DNA from: Minisyncoccota bacterium
GTDB taxonomy: Bacteria > Patescibacteriota > Minisyncoccia > Phycocordibacterales > JBAYGS01
Assembly: GCA_041666545.1 (NCBI GenBank)
Contig: JBAYGS010000001.1
Location: 217,942-281,941, forward strand
Direction of reading: 5' to 3'
DNA: 64,000 bases
The notes beneath the pieces are model-generated. The model was not told where the DNA came from and did not search any database. It saw only the letters and a program-made list of their open reading frames with translations. A program made the position numbers and the translations under genes. Shown here one piece after another: positions 47,862 to 58,594 of the stretch. The stretch's first letter is position 1, and every line of letters begins with the position of its first letter.

Positions 47862-48036
47862 AGTTCTTAGCATTTAGTTCCGCAACCAAGCCAGCACGCG
47901 CCCTTCCTCCGGAAGGGCGCTTTTTTATACCTGAAATGTCGGTAAAACAAAAACTCCCCCTAGGGAGTTTTTGTTTTAGCCTGCGCTTTCGCTTTCATTT
48001 TCTACAAACTACTCACTACTCACTACAAACTTCTGC

Positions 48037-48345
48037 TTAGAAGCTGCGTCGATCACCTCGATCGCCACCGCCAAAGCCACCTCGTCGTGGAGGTCGATCA
48101 CCCATTGGGCGAGCCTCGTTGACGATGATCTTTCGGCCTCCTAGATCAGTTCCGTTCATTGCGTCAACCGCTTTCAAAGCGTCGTCGTCATTCATCTCCA
48201 CGAAACCAAAGCCGCGTGAGCGACCGGTCATCTTGTCGATGATAACATTTGCCGAAATGACTTCACCCATTTTAGAGAAAGCGTCCTTCAATTCATCATT
48301 GGTAGTTGAATATGGAAGACCGCCTACATACAATTTCTTAGCCAT
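48037..48345 (-). CDS. RRM RNA-binding protein with Gly/Arg tail
   Basis: RNP2 LYVGGL and RNP1 RGFGFVEM. Confidence 0.95.
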   Translation of the reverse strand: MAKKLYVGGLPYSTTNDELKDAFSKMGEVISANVIIDKMTGRSRGFGFVEMNDDDALKAVDAMNGTDLGGRKIIVNEARPMGDRPPRRGGFGGGDRGDRRSF

Positions 48346-48522
48346 GTATCGTAAACTATTTTATTAACCTGTAGAACGACCTTCACTATGGCCAAGGAAA
48401 CCTTTACCCCTAGAGAAACTCTACAACGAAAACAGTATACACGACCAGCCCAAAAACACAAACCCAGACAATTGTTTCCAAAAACTTGACAAAACACCGT
48501 AGGTATACTATGATACCGAAAC

Positions 48523-48975
48523 ATGAGTAGCAAAGACAACAAGCCGTATTATAAGCAGGTTTTGGGCTTTTATTTCGCCCCGCTTTTGCGTTCCTTTGTC
48601 ACCGTGCTTTATCTCGGTTTTTTCGTGTATTTCGCCCTTTTTTACTTTGAAAATGTCATTTTGGCCCTTAAATTCCTTTGGTACACTTTTAATATTTCTA
48701 CCCCGCTTTTGGATATTGCCTACCTATTCTGGGGAGCCCTGTTCTTCATCACACTCCTAATTCCCTTCTCGCTTTCAGTCTATGCCATTGTTTTACCTTA
48801 CGAAATTATGAAGCATCTGACTTGGGATAATATTCGCAAGTGGTTGATTGTCGCTTTGGTTTTTGTGGCCACTATTGATGCCATTATCATCGCCGACAAA
48901 GCTATCCATATGATCGCCGATCAGCCGCCAATCGTCCCTTTCGTGGAAATGCAGGATTTAGGTTTTAGAATTTAA
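48523..48975 (+). CDS. Membrane protein
   Basis: Three or four TM helices; TTGACA/TATGAT promoter. Confidence 0.7.
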   Translation: MSSKDNKPYYKQVLGFYFAPLLRSFVTVLYLGFFVYFALFYFENVILALKFLWYTFNISTPLLDIAYLFWGALFFITLLIPFSLSVYAIVLPYEIMKHLTWDNIRKWLIVALVFVATIDAIIIADKAIHMIADQPPIVPFVEMQDLGFRI

Positions 48976-49050
48976 ATTAAAGCCTAAAGCCCCGCCCCCG
49001 CAAGGGGGCGGGGCTTTAGTTTACTCGTTTAGTCTGTTAAAATTAGCCTC

Positions 49051-50376
49051 ATGTCAGAAAAAAATACCAAAACACCAAAACTCTCAACTGAACCTTACAA
49101 AGGCGTAAGAGATTTTTACCCTGCCGACCAATTCACCCAAAACTACATTTTTGGAGTCATGAAAAAAACTTTGGAAAGTTTCGGTTATGAAGAGTACGGG
49201 GCTTCCGTGCTGGAGCCAGCCGAACTCTACCGAGCCAAAAGCGGTGAGGAAATCGTCAACGATCAAACCTACACCTTTACTGACCGCGGTGAGCGCGAAG
49301 TCACTTTAAGACCGGAAATGACCCCAAGTGTCGCACGATTGATCGCCGCCAAGCGAAAAGAAATGGCCTTTCCGGTCCGCTGGTATTCGATTCCCAATCT
49401 TTTTCGTTATGAACAACCCCAGAGAGGTCGTTTGCGCGAACATTGGCAATTGAACGCCGACGTTTTCGGCATCAAAAATATTCAGGCCGAAGTTGAGACC
49501 CTGACTCTCGCCTCTACCCTACTTCGTAATTTCGGCCTGAAGGATAACCAATTCGAAATCCGAATCAATAGCCGCAAAATCATGAATTATATTTTGCGCG
49601 ATCTTTTTATGCTTAATGAAGGCGAATCCTACCAAATTTCCAAACTGATTGACAAGAAAGAGAAAATCTCAAAGGATGAATTTGCCGGAGAAATCAAGAA
49701 AATGATTGGCGAAAGAAGTGATGACTTTCTCACACTCTTAAATACCGAGAACTTTGCCGAATTTATTAAGGTTATCGGCAGTGCCGAAAAAGTTGCACCC
49801 GCTGTCGCCGAAATCAAGACGCTGATTGAAAAATTGGAACAACTTGGCATCACCAATGTGGTCTTTACCCAAACCCTGATGCGTGGCTTCGATTATTACA
49901 CCGGCATTGTTTTTGAGGTTTTCGACACCAATCCCAAGAATCGTCGCTCAATTTTTGGTGGTGGCCGCTATGATGACCTCTTGGCCATATTTGGAGAGGA
50001 AAAGATTCCGGCCTTCGGATTTGGCATGGGAGATGTCGTCATCCGTGATGTTCTGGAAACCTATGGCCTACTTCCAAAATTTGAACCGAAAACTCAAATC
50101 TATATCTGCTCCACCAATCTAGAAGCCGCCGATTACACCAACGAAATCGCCCAAAAGATGAGGGAGGTTGGTATTTCTGCCGCTGTCGACTATACCGAGA
50201 GAAAAATCGGCGACCAGATTAAATATGCCGACAAGAACAAGATTCCTTTTGTCACAGTCATCGGCGAAGATGAGGTCAAATCCGGCAAGTTTAAAATCAA
50301 GCGCCTTTCTGATGGTAAGGAGACTGAAATCGGTGATAGCGAGGTTGAATCTTTAGTAAAAATTATTAAAAAGTAG
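49051..50376 (+). CDS. hisS: Histidine--tRNA ligase
   Basis: LRPEMT, FRYEQPQRGR, RGFDYYTG and GGGRYD motifs. Confidence 0.97.
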   Translation: MSEKNTKTPKLSTEPYKGVRDFYPADQFTQNYIFGVMKKTLESFGYEEYGASVLEPAELYRAKSGEEIVNDQTYTFTDRGEREVTLRPEMTPSVARLIAAKRKEMAFPVRWYSIPNLFRYEQPQRGRLREHWQLNADVFGIKNIQAEVETLTLASTLLRNFGLKDNQFEIRINSRKIMNYILRDLFMLNEGESYQISKLIDKKEKISKDEFAGEIKKMIGERSDDFLTLLNTENFAEFIKVIGSAEKVAPAVAEIKTLIEKLEQLGITNVVFTQTLMRGFDYYTGIVFEVFDTNPKNRRSIFGGGRYDDLLAIFGEEKIPAFGFGMGDVVIRDVLETYGLLPKFEPKTQIYICSTNLEAADYTNEIAQKMREVGISAAVDYTERKIGDQIKYADKNKIPFVTVIGEDEVKSGKFKIKRLSDGKETEIGDSEVESLVKIIKK

Positions 50377-50487
50377 CACACGACACAAATACACGAATGA
50401 AGACGAATTACACTAATGCAGAACTTGGATTTGATTTTATTAGTGTCATTCGCGCTAATTCGTAATTCGTGTCGAGTCAAACATCTT

Positions 50488-51063
50488 ATGCACAAGATCG
50501 TCTTTGATATCGAGACTAGCAATCTTTTTTCCGATGTTGGTGTTAATGACCCGGCCGCCCTCACGATTTCTGTCGTGGGCATTTATGATTCCGAAACCGA
50601 TTCTTACAGCAGTTTTTTGGAATCCGAGCTCAAGAAGCTTTGGCCAATTATTGAAAAAGCTGATATTTTGATAGGCTACAACTCCAACCATTTCGATATT
50701 CCGCTTTTAGATAAATATTACCCAGGCGATCTAACCAAAATTAAAAGTTTAGACCTGATGAAGGAAGTCCAGAATGTTTTAGGCCGAAGAATCAAATTAG
50801 ACACTTTGGCCGAAGCAACTTTGGGTAAAAATAAAACCGGCAACGGTCTGGAAGCAATTAAATTATGGAAGCAAGGTGAAGTTGAAAAAGTTCGTTCTTA
50901 CTGTCTACAAGATGTCAAAATCACCAAGGAGCTTTACGAATATATGCTTGAAAACGGCAAAGTTAAATACCTCGACGGCAAAGACACCAAGGAATTAAAA
51001 ATCGACACCAGCAAATGGGAAGAAAAAAGTCACTCGGCGATGACTCATACGCTGCCTTTTTAA
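50488..51063 (+). CDS. RNase H-like 3'-5' exonuclease (RNase_H_2 family)
   Basis: FDIET, GYN..FD and YCLQDV motifs. Confidence 0.85.
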   Translation: MHKIVFDIETSNLFSDVGVNDPAALTISVVGIYDSETDSYSSFLESELKKLWPIIEKADILIGYNSNHFDIPLLDKYYPGDLTKIKSLDLMKEVQNVLGRRIKLDTLAEATLGKNKTGNGLEAIKLWKQGEVEKVRSYCLQDVKITKELYEYMLENGKVKYLDGKDTKELKIDTSKWEEKSHSAMTHTLPF

Positions 51064-51148
51064 GGCCTTGACATATAGCATGTAATATGCTATACTTGCA
51101 AAAGAGACCTCTTATAGGAGGTACAGAACCGCAAACCAAAGGCCACAA

Positions 51149-51598
51149 ATGAAAAACGTGTCTGACGCAGAAGTCCGCTCGCAAATTGGAGCATTTTTCC
51201 AAAGCCGGGATTTCGCCCTTCTTAACGCCAACCTCGGCAAACCCGCCGATCAACAAGCCACCCTTGCTGACTGGAAGAAAGTCGCCATGAGTCTGCCGCG
51301 GCTGTATGCTGTGGTGGAAGCGGCCGAAATCGCCATCGCACTCGGAGTCAGCCCCGACCTCGCTTCCGCATTGAAGACGATGGCGAGTGAAGGGACGGAC
51401 GCCGAGCCGACTTCCAAGATCGGCCAAATCGCGGCCCGCTTGGCTTGGCAATCCCAACAGCCACTGCTCGGAGAGGAGCGTTTGGATCGTCCCATCATGG
51501 GTTGCACCTCCGGCAGTTTGCCCCCGGGCGAGCTGGAAAAGGACATCGTCCGGATCCGCGCCACTGCGCAGCTGGTTCTCGACCATTGCCTGGCCTGA
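51149..51598 (+). CDS. Hypothetical protein
   Basis: TTGACA/TATACT promoter and a terminator at ~51616-51650. Confidence 0.6.
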   Translation: MKNVSDAEVRSQIGAFFQSRDFALLNANLGKPADQQATLADWKKVAMSLPRLYAVVEAAEIAIALGVSPDLASALKTMASEGTDAEPTSKIGQIAARLAWQSQQPLLGEERLDRPIMGCTSGSLPPGELEKDIVRIRATAQLVLDHCLA

Positions 51599-51664
51599 GC
51601 CAAACACTGTCCTCCGCCACCAACAAGACGCAATCTTGTTGGTGGTTTTTATTTACAATAAATA

Positions 51665-52384
51665 TTAAATCCCCGCCAACTTAATTGCGCCGTAGAGAAC
51701 GGCAATACCTAAAACAGTAGTGACTGTTGTCCAAATGGTTGGATGACGATGATGACTTTCCGGCAACAAGTCGCTCGCGCCAATATAGAAAAAGAAACCA
51801 CAAAAAATCGCCAGTAAAATTCCTAAAATTTGTTCCGGCACCTTTAGAAAATAAGCCACAATAATTCCCAAGACCGGCGCCAAAGCATCGAGAGTTAGCC
51901 AACTGAAAGCTTGTTTTTTGGTGCCACCATTTTTAAGAATCATGCCCACGGTATTAATACCGTCAGAAAAATCGTGGACCAAAACCGCAATCGCCACCAC
52001 AAGACCAACTGAAACCGAAACCTGAAATGCCAAACCCACAGCTAGGCCATCTAAAAAACTGTGGAAGGATAAACTCCCCGCCCCTAAGCGTCCGCGATGA
52101 CTTTGGTTTTCACAATGATCGTCATCATGATGACAGGCCGCCAAAACTCGGTCCAAAATCATGAAGAGAACAAAGCCCAGGGCAATCACACTAGAAACTG
52201 TAGAAATATCGAATGAACCGGACGAAAGCCCGACGGCCTCCGGCAATAAATCAAAAAAGGCCACGCCGATTACCGCACCGGCGCTAAAACCCAAAATTAA
52301 ATGCAATTTATCTTGATAGCGCAAGGCGAACAGTCCCCCAAGAAGGGTGGCCGCAAAAGCACCGATGGCAATGACAATAATCAT
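51665..52384 (-). CDS. ZIP (ZupT/GufA-like) metal transporter
   Basis: HSFLDG and HDFSDG motifs, His-rich loop, SDLLPE. Confidence 0.92.
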   Translation of the reverse strand: MIIVIAIGAFAATLLGGLFALRYQDKLHLILGFSAGAVIGVAFFDLLPEAVGLSSGSFDISTVSSVIALGFVLFMILDRVLAACHHDDDHCENQSHRGRLGAGSLSFHSFLDGLAVGLAFQVSVSVGLVVAIAVLVHDFSDGINTVGMILKNGGTKKQAFSWLTLDALAPVLGIIVAYFLKVPEQILGILLAIFCGFFFYIGASDLLPESHHRHPTIWTTVTTVLGIAVLYGAIKLAGI

Positions 52385-52473
52385 AAGTAAAAGCATTCTA
52401 GCACAAAATTTGAATAGATTTAATTCTTAATCATGCTAAGATTGAACCTGTTAGCAACTAGCAAAAATATCAA

Positions 52474-53271
52474 ATGGAGAAAAATTCTTTAACCTTACCG
52501 GCCGCAATTGTGATTGCCGGAGCTCTCATTGCCGGGGCGGTTTTTTACGCTTCTTATACGCCAAGTACTACCCCATCAGTCCCAACCGGAAGGGCCGTGA
52601 GCAATGAGAGTGAGATAAATCTCAAAGCAGTTTCCGCCGACGAACATATTTTGGGTAATCCTAACGCCCAACTAAAAATTGTTGAGTTCTCTGATACTGA
52701 ATGCCCATTCTGCAAGACTTTCCACACCACCATGCAGCAAATCGTGAGTAAGTACGGCAAAACCGGAGAAATTGCCTGGATTTACCGCCACTTCCCGCTT
52801 GATAACATTCACCCAAAAACTCGCAAAGAAGCCGAGGCCACCGAGTGCGTGGACGAGCTTAAAGGCAACAGTGGTTTTTGGACATATCTCAACGCAATTT
52901 TCAGCACTACTCCGGCCAATAACAATCTTGACCCGGCGGTGCTACTTCAATTGGCCAAAGCCGAGCAAGTTAATGAGCAAAGTTTCCAAACTTGTTTGAA
53001 TAGCGGCAAATACGCGCAAAAAGTAGACGACCAATATCAAGACGGCATCGGGGTCGGAGTCCAAGGCACGCCCCACTCGGTGATTATTGCCGACAAGCCG
53101 TTTTCTAGCCAAACCATCGCCTCCGTTTTGGCTCTATACGAAAAATATCGAGACTCGCAGACAGGCGAACTGCCAGTCAAAACCTCGACCGATGGCCTAA
53201 AAGTTAGCGTAAGTGGCGCCATTCCCTACCCATTGTTTGAGCAAACAGTTTCTCTCTTACTCGGCAAGTAA
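52474..53271 (+). CDS. DsbA/BdbD-family disulfide oxidoreductase
   Basis: EFSDTECPFC, RHFPL and GTP motifs. Confidence 0.92.
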   Translation: MEKNSLTLPAAIVIAGALIAGAVFYASYTPSTTPSVPTGRAVSNESEINLKAVSADEHILGNPNAQLKIVEFSDTECPFCKTFHTTMQQIVSKYGKTGEIAWIYRHFPLDNIHPKTRKEAEATECVDELKGNSGFWTYLNAIFSTTPANNNLDPAVLLQLAKAEQVNEQSFQTCLNSGKYAQKVDDQYQDGIGVGVQGTPHSVIIADKPFSSQTIASVLALYEKYRDSQTGELPVKTSTDGLKVSVSGAIPYPLFEQTVSLLLGK

Positions 53272-53297
53272 CCTGAGAATCTCAACTCAGAAGCGGA

Positions 53298-56267
53298 CTA
53301 AACTGACAGACTCGATTTGAAATTTTTTGCCAGAACGCAATACTCGCACTCTTTTTGCCTACCAAAAGGTTTAAAATTACAAGGTAAGTCGAGCCACTTA
53401 CCCGAAGAAAGCAGGAAGTTGTAATCTTTGATGTCCTTGCGTAAAAGTTCAATCTCAGTAGAGCCAATCTGTCTTTCATAAAATCTATCCCTATCACCAA
53501 CCTCAGCCTCGACAAAGAAAAGTCGTGAGAGCGATACCGGTTTTTCATTTTTTACCTGCATCAACAAATATGAATACATGGCCAGCTGACGCAACAGATC
53601 ACTCATTCGCCCATCCTCCGTATTCTTCTCAATCTCCTTTCGGGTTTTAACCTTACCAGTTTTAAAATCAGTGACGGAAGAAGTGCCGTCAGGCAAAGCC
53701 TCAATCAAATCAATTTTTCCGGTAATCGCAATATTCGGAACGTCGGGGTCTCGATAAGAAGCAATGTTTGTCTCTGACCGAGCTTCGCCAAGTTTAGGCA
53801 CAAAATCGACAACCAAAGGTTCCAAAATTGCGAATGCATCTCTAGAAAATCGAACCCTTTCGCGATCATCCCAAATCAAGAGTTCATCCAATACTCCCGA
53901 AATCAAAACCGGCAACTCCTTTGGGGCAGTAATTTTATTTTTTAAAATTTTTTCAATCGCCGAGTGAACGAGATTACCAAAATGTAGACTCTCAGACTCC
54001 GGCTCAGGCAAACGGATAAAGTTCCTAAAATACCACTTCCAAGGGCAGCTAAAAAAGTTGTTGAGATGCGTGACCGACAGTGACCGGTCCGAGTACTCTT
54101 TCTTTACAAACTCGACAATTTCTTTCCTGGCATCCTCCGGGACAACAATCGGAGTCGCCGCAACATAAGCGAATAAATTTTCAGCTTGAATACTTTTTTC
54201 TGTCTCTCCGGCACTCCTTCTTTCAAAAAGTCCCTCGGGCATTTCCGCAATCACCTTGGCCAACTTCAAATCATTCCCGGAATAACTCATAACCGGATAA
54301 GATAGCGTCGAGTGACGTTTGGCGCGGGTAATCGCCACGTAGAGCTCACGTCTCGCGGTTAACTCATCCTTCTTAGCAATCTTCTCTTTGATTGATTCCG
54401 GCAAGGTAAAGCCTGAGTGCCTCCCTTTCATAATCGAATTCTCATCCAAATGCGCAATCCAAACGTATTCAAATTCCAAACCCTTAGAGCCGTGCATCGT
54501 GCTCACCCTTACCCCCTCATCACTTTCGAAAACCGCTAGCGGCACATCTTCACCGTAAGATTCAAGCCGATCAAGAAATTCCAGGAAATTCGACAAAGTC
54601 AGCTTATGATTCTTTTCCATTGAAACCAGGGCCAAGTGCAGCAAAGTCCGTACCACTTCAATTTCGGTAAGCAGTTTTCTGTGGCTGTCGGCATTCTGGA
54701 AAAATAATTCCGCGCCGACATATTGAATAAGTTCATAGACATCCTTCTCTCGTCCAACCTTGACAAAGCCGACAACAAGTTCGCCTAATTGTTTGATTTC
54801 GTTCTCCGCTTTTTCAAACGACTCAAGTGAAATTTTCTTACCTTGCAGACGTAAAAATTTATGAGCCTGAAGAAACGGTACGCCAGAAATAGTATCCAGC
54901 AAGAGTTCACCCAAATAAACAGGATCCGCCGGTGAGGCGATTACCCGAAAAATCCGTAGCAAGGATTGCGTCACCGGCAAACCCAAAAGCCTGGCAGATT
55001 TACCTCGCGCCACCGGCAAACCCAAATCCCTAAGAACCGCGACCGCCGTCCTGACCTGGGCTTGTTTGGGCACCAACAAGGCACACTCGTGAGGGGCGAT
55101 TCCTTCCTCAATTTTTTTCTTAATTTCAAGACCGGCCGACAAAATTTCGTCTCGAGGATACTGCGCCTCAATCAAACGAATCGCTTGCGACCCGGCCTTG
55201 TTACCGACAAGCGGCTCTTTAACCAAATCACTTTGAAGCAGTTCCCCGGCCAAATCCAAAATATTCTGAGTCGAGCGGTAATTTTGCGTGAGCGCAATCA
55301 GCTTGGTACCCTGAAACGTTTCAAGAAAATTCTGAAAATGTGACAAAGAAGCTCCGCCGAAACCGTAAATAAGCTGACGATCGTCACCAACCACAAAAAT
55401 ATTTGGTTTCTCGACATCCGCCCAAACAGCACTCAAAAAACCATTTTGTACCCCACTTGAATCCTGGTGCTCATCAACCAGGACATAGAGAAAACGCTCA
55501 CGAATCGTGTCGCGAACTTCAGACGACTTCGAAACCAGCTCAAGCAAATAGTCCAAAATATCATCGTAATCAACAAGATTGCGTGCCTTTTTAGTCCGCT
55601 CGTAAAGTTCGTAAAACCTAGCCGTCTCCGCCGTGCGCCCTTCAAGATTTTTGACCTTCTCTTTTTCTGCCGACTTCAATTGACCCTTCGTGGGTCCACG
55701 CGAAGACAAACTTTCGGGATTATTTTGAATTCTCACAACTTCCGATTCAATCTCTTTGGCGAAAACTGCCGGCACCATTCTCTCGCGCTTTAAAAGTGAA
55801 ATTAGGGACTTTAAATCGCCGAAATTGTGCTCGCCACCACTCCGTAAACGCAAACACTCCCAGTCATTGTTTTCAAGCAATTCATCATAAAGCAGAACCG
55901 CATCTTTTTCATCAAGCAATTTCGGGGGGCGCTCCAAGGATAACTCCTCATAAAACTCTTCAATCAAGGAACTGGCAAAACTGTGAAAAGTGGAAATAAC
56001 CACGCGCAGGGCCGATGGTCCGATGATTTCGGTCAAACGCTCACGCACGGCCTTCACGCCGGTATTAGTAAAAGTTAGACATAAAATCCCATCGGCCGGC
56101 GACAAGCCTTCCGCCAGAATTTTCGCAATTCGCATCGTCAAGACTTTGGTCTTACCAGTACCCGGCCCGGCAATTACCATCACTGGGCCATCAATAGTAT
56201 CTACGGCCTTTTTCTGCTCCGGATTGAGATTCTTGTACAGCTCAACAAATTTTTCGTCTTTTTTCAC
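53298..56267 (-). CDS. UvrD/AddA-type helicase with C-terminal PD-(D/E)xK nuclease
   Basis: AGPGTGKT, VDEHQD, NYRS, HGSKGLE, GKID..DFKTG motifs and Cys residues of a possible Fe-S site. Confidence 0.93.
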   Translation of the reverse strand: MKKDEKFVELYKNLNPEQKKAVDTIDGPVMVIAGPGTGKTKVLTMRIAKILAEGLSPADGILCLTFTNTGVKAVRERLTEIIGPSALRVVISTFHSFASSLIEEFYEELSLERPPKLLDEKDAVLLYDELLENNDWECLRLRSGGEHNFGDLKSLISLLKRERMVPAVFAKEIESEVVRIQNNPESLSSRGPTKGQLKSAEKEKVKNLEGRTAETARFYELYERTKKARNLVDYDDILDYLLELVSKSSEVRDTIRERFLYVLVDEHQDSSGVQNGFLSAVWADVEKPNIFVVGDDRQLIYGFGGASLSHFQNFLETFQGTKLIALTQNYRSTQNILDLAGELLQSDLVKEPLVGNKAGSQAIRLIEAQYPRDEILSAGLEIKKKIEEGIAPHECALLVPKQAQVRTAVAVLRDLGLPVARGKSARLLGLPVTQSLLRIFRVIASPADPVYLGELLLDTISGVPFLQAHKFLRLQGKKISLESFEKAENEIKQLGELVVGFVKVGREKDVYELIQYVGAELFFQNADSHRKLLTEIEVVRTLLHLALVSMEKNHKLTLSNFLEFLDRLESYGEDVPLAVFESDEGVRVSTMHGSKGLEFEYVWIAHLDENSIMKGRHSGFTLPESIKEKIAKKDELTARRELYVAITRAKRHSTLSYPVMSYSGNDLKLAKVIAEMPEGLFERRSAGETEKSIQAENLFAYVAATPIVVPEDARKEIVEFVKKEYSDRSLSVTHLNNFFSCPWKWYFRNFIRLPEPESESLHFGNLVHSAIEKILKNKITAPKELPVLISGVLDELLIWDDRERVRFSRDAFAILEPLVVDFVPKLGEARSETNIASYRDPDVPNIAITGKIDLIEALPDGTSSVTDFKTGKVKTRKEIEKNTEDGRMSDLLRQLAMYSYLLMQVKNEKPVSLSRLFFVEAEVGDRDRFYERQIGSTEIELLRKDIKDYNFLLSSGKWLDLPCNFKPFGRQKECEYCVLAKNFKSSLSV

Positions 56268-56358
56268 GAGTTAAGTATAACATTCGGCAATTTGAGCCAA
56301 ATTAAATCCTGACTTGCTTTTATCTGTAAAATATGTATAAATTATATAAGAAAAACTT

Positions 56359-56535
56359 ATGAATATTATCAATATCATTCCCGTATTCTTTGACGGCCAG
56401 GGGACAGCAACCAGCTACAAGTTCAAGCCAAGAATCGTCCGAATGAGTCGGGTCGGCAAGAGGTTGCACTTCCTCCTTCGTCCGGCCAAAGGCCGCAAAA
56501 AACCCCACCTCAAGACCCCTCTTAAAACGGCCTAA
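56359..56535 (+). CDS. Small basic protein (58 aa, not in the ORF track)
   Basis: MNIINIIPVFFDGQG...KTPLKTA; terminator at 56549-56577. Confidence 0.4.
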   Translation: MNIINIIPVFFDGQGTATSYKFKPRIVRMSRVGKRLHFLLRPAKGRKKPHLKTPLKTA

Positions 56536-56634
56536 CTATTTTCACCACAACGCCCCGAAACCTTCGGGGCGTTTTTAATTAAAAACTCCATCCAACCTCT
56601 TGGTCAAATGGAGTCAGACTGACTATTCTAGAAA

Positions 56635-57186
56635 CTACTCCGGGAAGAACGCGGACCAGAGGCGATGTGATAAACGGCTTTTTACCACCGCCATCTTGTC
56701 GAAATAAAGACGAGGGTCAGACAAGGGAACTGTTCCAACCACCCATTCATCTGACACGAACGCCAAAAATGGCGACACCCTCTCCTTGTTCATAGTGGTC
56801 AAAATTTCCCCATCAAAAAAGATCCGACTGGCATGCTGACCTTGCGCTGCCTCTTGCCACTCTTTTGGAATGAGCGACGACTCAGTTATCAGCCGACACA
56901 AGACTTCGATACCGAGTGGGATCCATGTCTGATGTTGCCCCATTTCCCAAAGCACTTCTCCTCCACTTAAGCTAAGTCGACTAGGGCCAACAAAGGCATC
57001 GCCACCGAGTAGTCGGATGTCCCTAATCCGGACAAGATCCACGGCACTCCACAATCTATCGCTCCGCCAATCTACCATCTTGCCACCGAAAAGCTTTTCA
57101 AGAGTAGCGCGTGTGGCCTTGATGTCTTTATTGTCGGAACCTGACTCACGGTACCAGAGCGCCTGCCGACACTTTACTGTGCTCAT
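56635..57186 (-). CDS. Hypothetical protein
   Basis: TTGACA/TATAAT promoter and SD AAGGAG. Confidence 0.65.
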   Translation of the reverse strand: MSTVKCRQALWYRESGSDNKDIKATRATLEKLFGGKMVDWRSDRLWSAVDLVRIRDIRLLGGDAFVGPSRLSLSGGEVLWEMGQHQTWIPLGIEVLCRLITESSLIPKEWQEAAQGQHASRIFFDGEILTTMNKERVSPFLAFVSDEWVVGTVPLSDPRLYFDKMAVVKSRLSHRLWSAFFPE

Positions 57187-57312
57187 GTCAATCTCCTTAT
57201 TTGAATTTTCATTCTTTGTTTTGGGTCAGAATTTGCACCTGTCTATCTTCTTTAATTATACACAAAACACCCGAACTGTCAATAGTCGAGCGTCCTTGCG
57301 CTTTTTCGGTAA

Positions 57313-58542
57313 TTAATAGTTTCGCAGTCGGTTCACTCTCTCGTGCTGGCGGATTTTTTCGTGGGCCTTGGCTTCAATCTGACGAATTCGTTCGCGCGTG
57401 ACCCCGAACTCCTTCCCCACTTCTTCGAGAGTATGAGTAATACCGTCCATCAAACCATGACGCATTTCCAAAATCTTTCTCTCCTTCGGTGAAAGATCGC
57501 CCAAAATTTGTTTGACTTGGTCAGCCAAAATTCGTCTCGAGGATTCCTGATCCGGTGAAAGGATTTTATCATCCGGCAAAAAGTCACCCAGGGTCGATTT
57601 ACCGTCGTCACCCTCATCACCAACCGGTGATTCCAGAGAAACGGTATCTTGGTCAATTTTTTCAATTGAATAAACCTTTTCAACATCCAGACCCATTTCG
57701 GTCGCAATTTCTTCCGGCAAAGGTTCTCGGCCCAAGTCCTGTGACAGGCGTCTAACAACTTGTTTGTATTTGGCGATTGTTTCCACCATGTGCACCGGCA
57801 CGCGAATCGTGCGCGACTGGTCGGCCAAGGCTCTAGTAATCGCTTGCCTAATCCACCAGGTGGCATAGGTCGAAAACTTGTAGCCTTTGGTCCAATCAAA
57901 TTTATCAACGGCCTTGAAAAGGCCGAGGTTGCCCTCTTGAATCAAGTCGAGCAAGGTTAGATCAGGACTGCGGCCAACATATTTTTTAGCAATCGAAACC
58001 ACCAAACGCAGGTTGGCGCGTGCGAGCAGATTTTTTGCCTCTTCGTCACCCTTCTCAATTCGCTTAGCCAAATCTTTTTCGGTTACGGCGGAAATCAAAG
58101 GATACTGGCCAATCTCCTTAAGATAGATCTGAATGGAGTCGTAAGATGAATCGCCTCGGCTATAGGAATATTTTCGGCTCGGCGCGACAGCTTCCGGCGC
58201 ATCAATCTCCAACATGCCTCCCCCCTCCAAAATATCGATACCGGCCACCGAAAGTTTGTTGTAGAGCTCATCCAAAAACATCACATCCTGTTCAATGTTC
58301 GGAAATTCCTTGAGAATCTCGTCGTAGGTCACAAAGCCGCGTTCTCGGCCTTTCGTAATTAATTTTTCAGCCTTAGATAGCCAATCCCGATGCTTCCGGT
58401 CGGGCTTTTTCCCGGCAACCTTCGGCTTAACCCCCGTTTTTTTGGCTTTTACTTTGGCAACCTTCTTTTTTGGCTTTGAAGAGGCTTTCTTTGTGGAGGC
58501 TTTCTTCTTGCCAACTTGGCGTTTAGTAGTTTTTTTGGGCAT
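57313..58542 (-). CDS. rpoD: Primary sigma factor
   Basis: [24 protein letters not shown] and [10 protein letters not shown] motifs; Lys-rich N-terminal tail. Confidence 0.96.
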   Translation of the reverse strand: MPKKTTKRQVGKKKASTKKASSKPKKKVAKVKAKKTGVKPKVAGKKPDRKHRDWLSKAEKLITKGRERGFVTYDEILKEFPNIEQDVMFLDELYNKLSVAGIDILEGGGMLEIDAPEAVAPSRKYSYSRGDSSYDSIQIYLKEIGQYPLISAVTEKDLAKRIEKGDEEAKNLLARANLRLVVSIAKKYVGRSPDLTLLDLIQEGNLGLFKAVDKFDWTKGYKFSTYATWWIRQAITRALADQSRTIRVPVHMVETIAKYKQVVRRLSQDLGREPLPEEIATEMGLDVEKVYSIEKIDQDTVSLESPVGDEGDDGKSTLGDFLPDDKILSPDQESSRRILADQVKQILGDLSPKERKILEMRHGLMDGITHTLEEVGKEFGVTRERIRQIEAKAHEKIRQHERVNRLRNY

Positions 58543-58594
58543 TTTGTAAAGATTAATTATATATAAAAATAGAGTTTAAAGCGAGATGGGCTAT

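Noticed and set aside
58380-58542. Lys-rich N-terminus of RpoD as a separate histone-like gene
   Set aside because: It is in frame with rpoD, and such low-complexity extensions are common in primary sigma factors.
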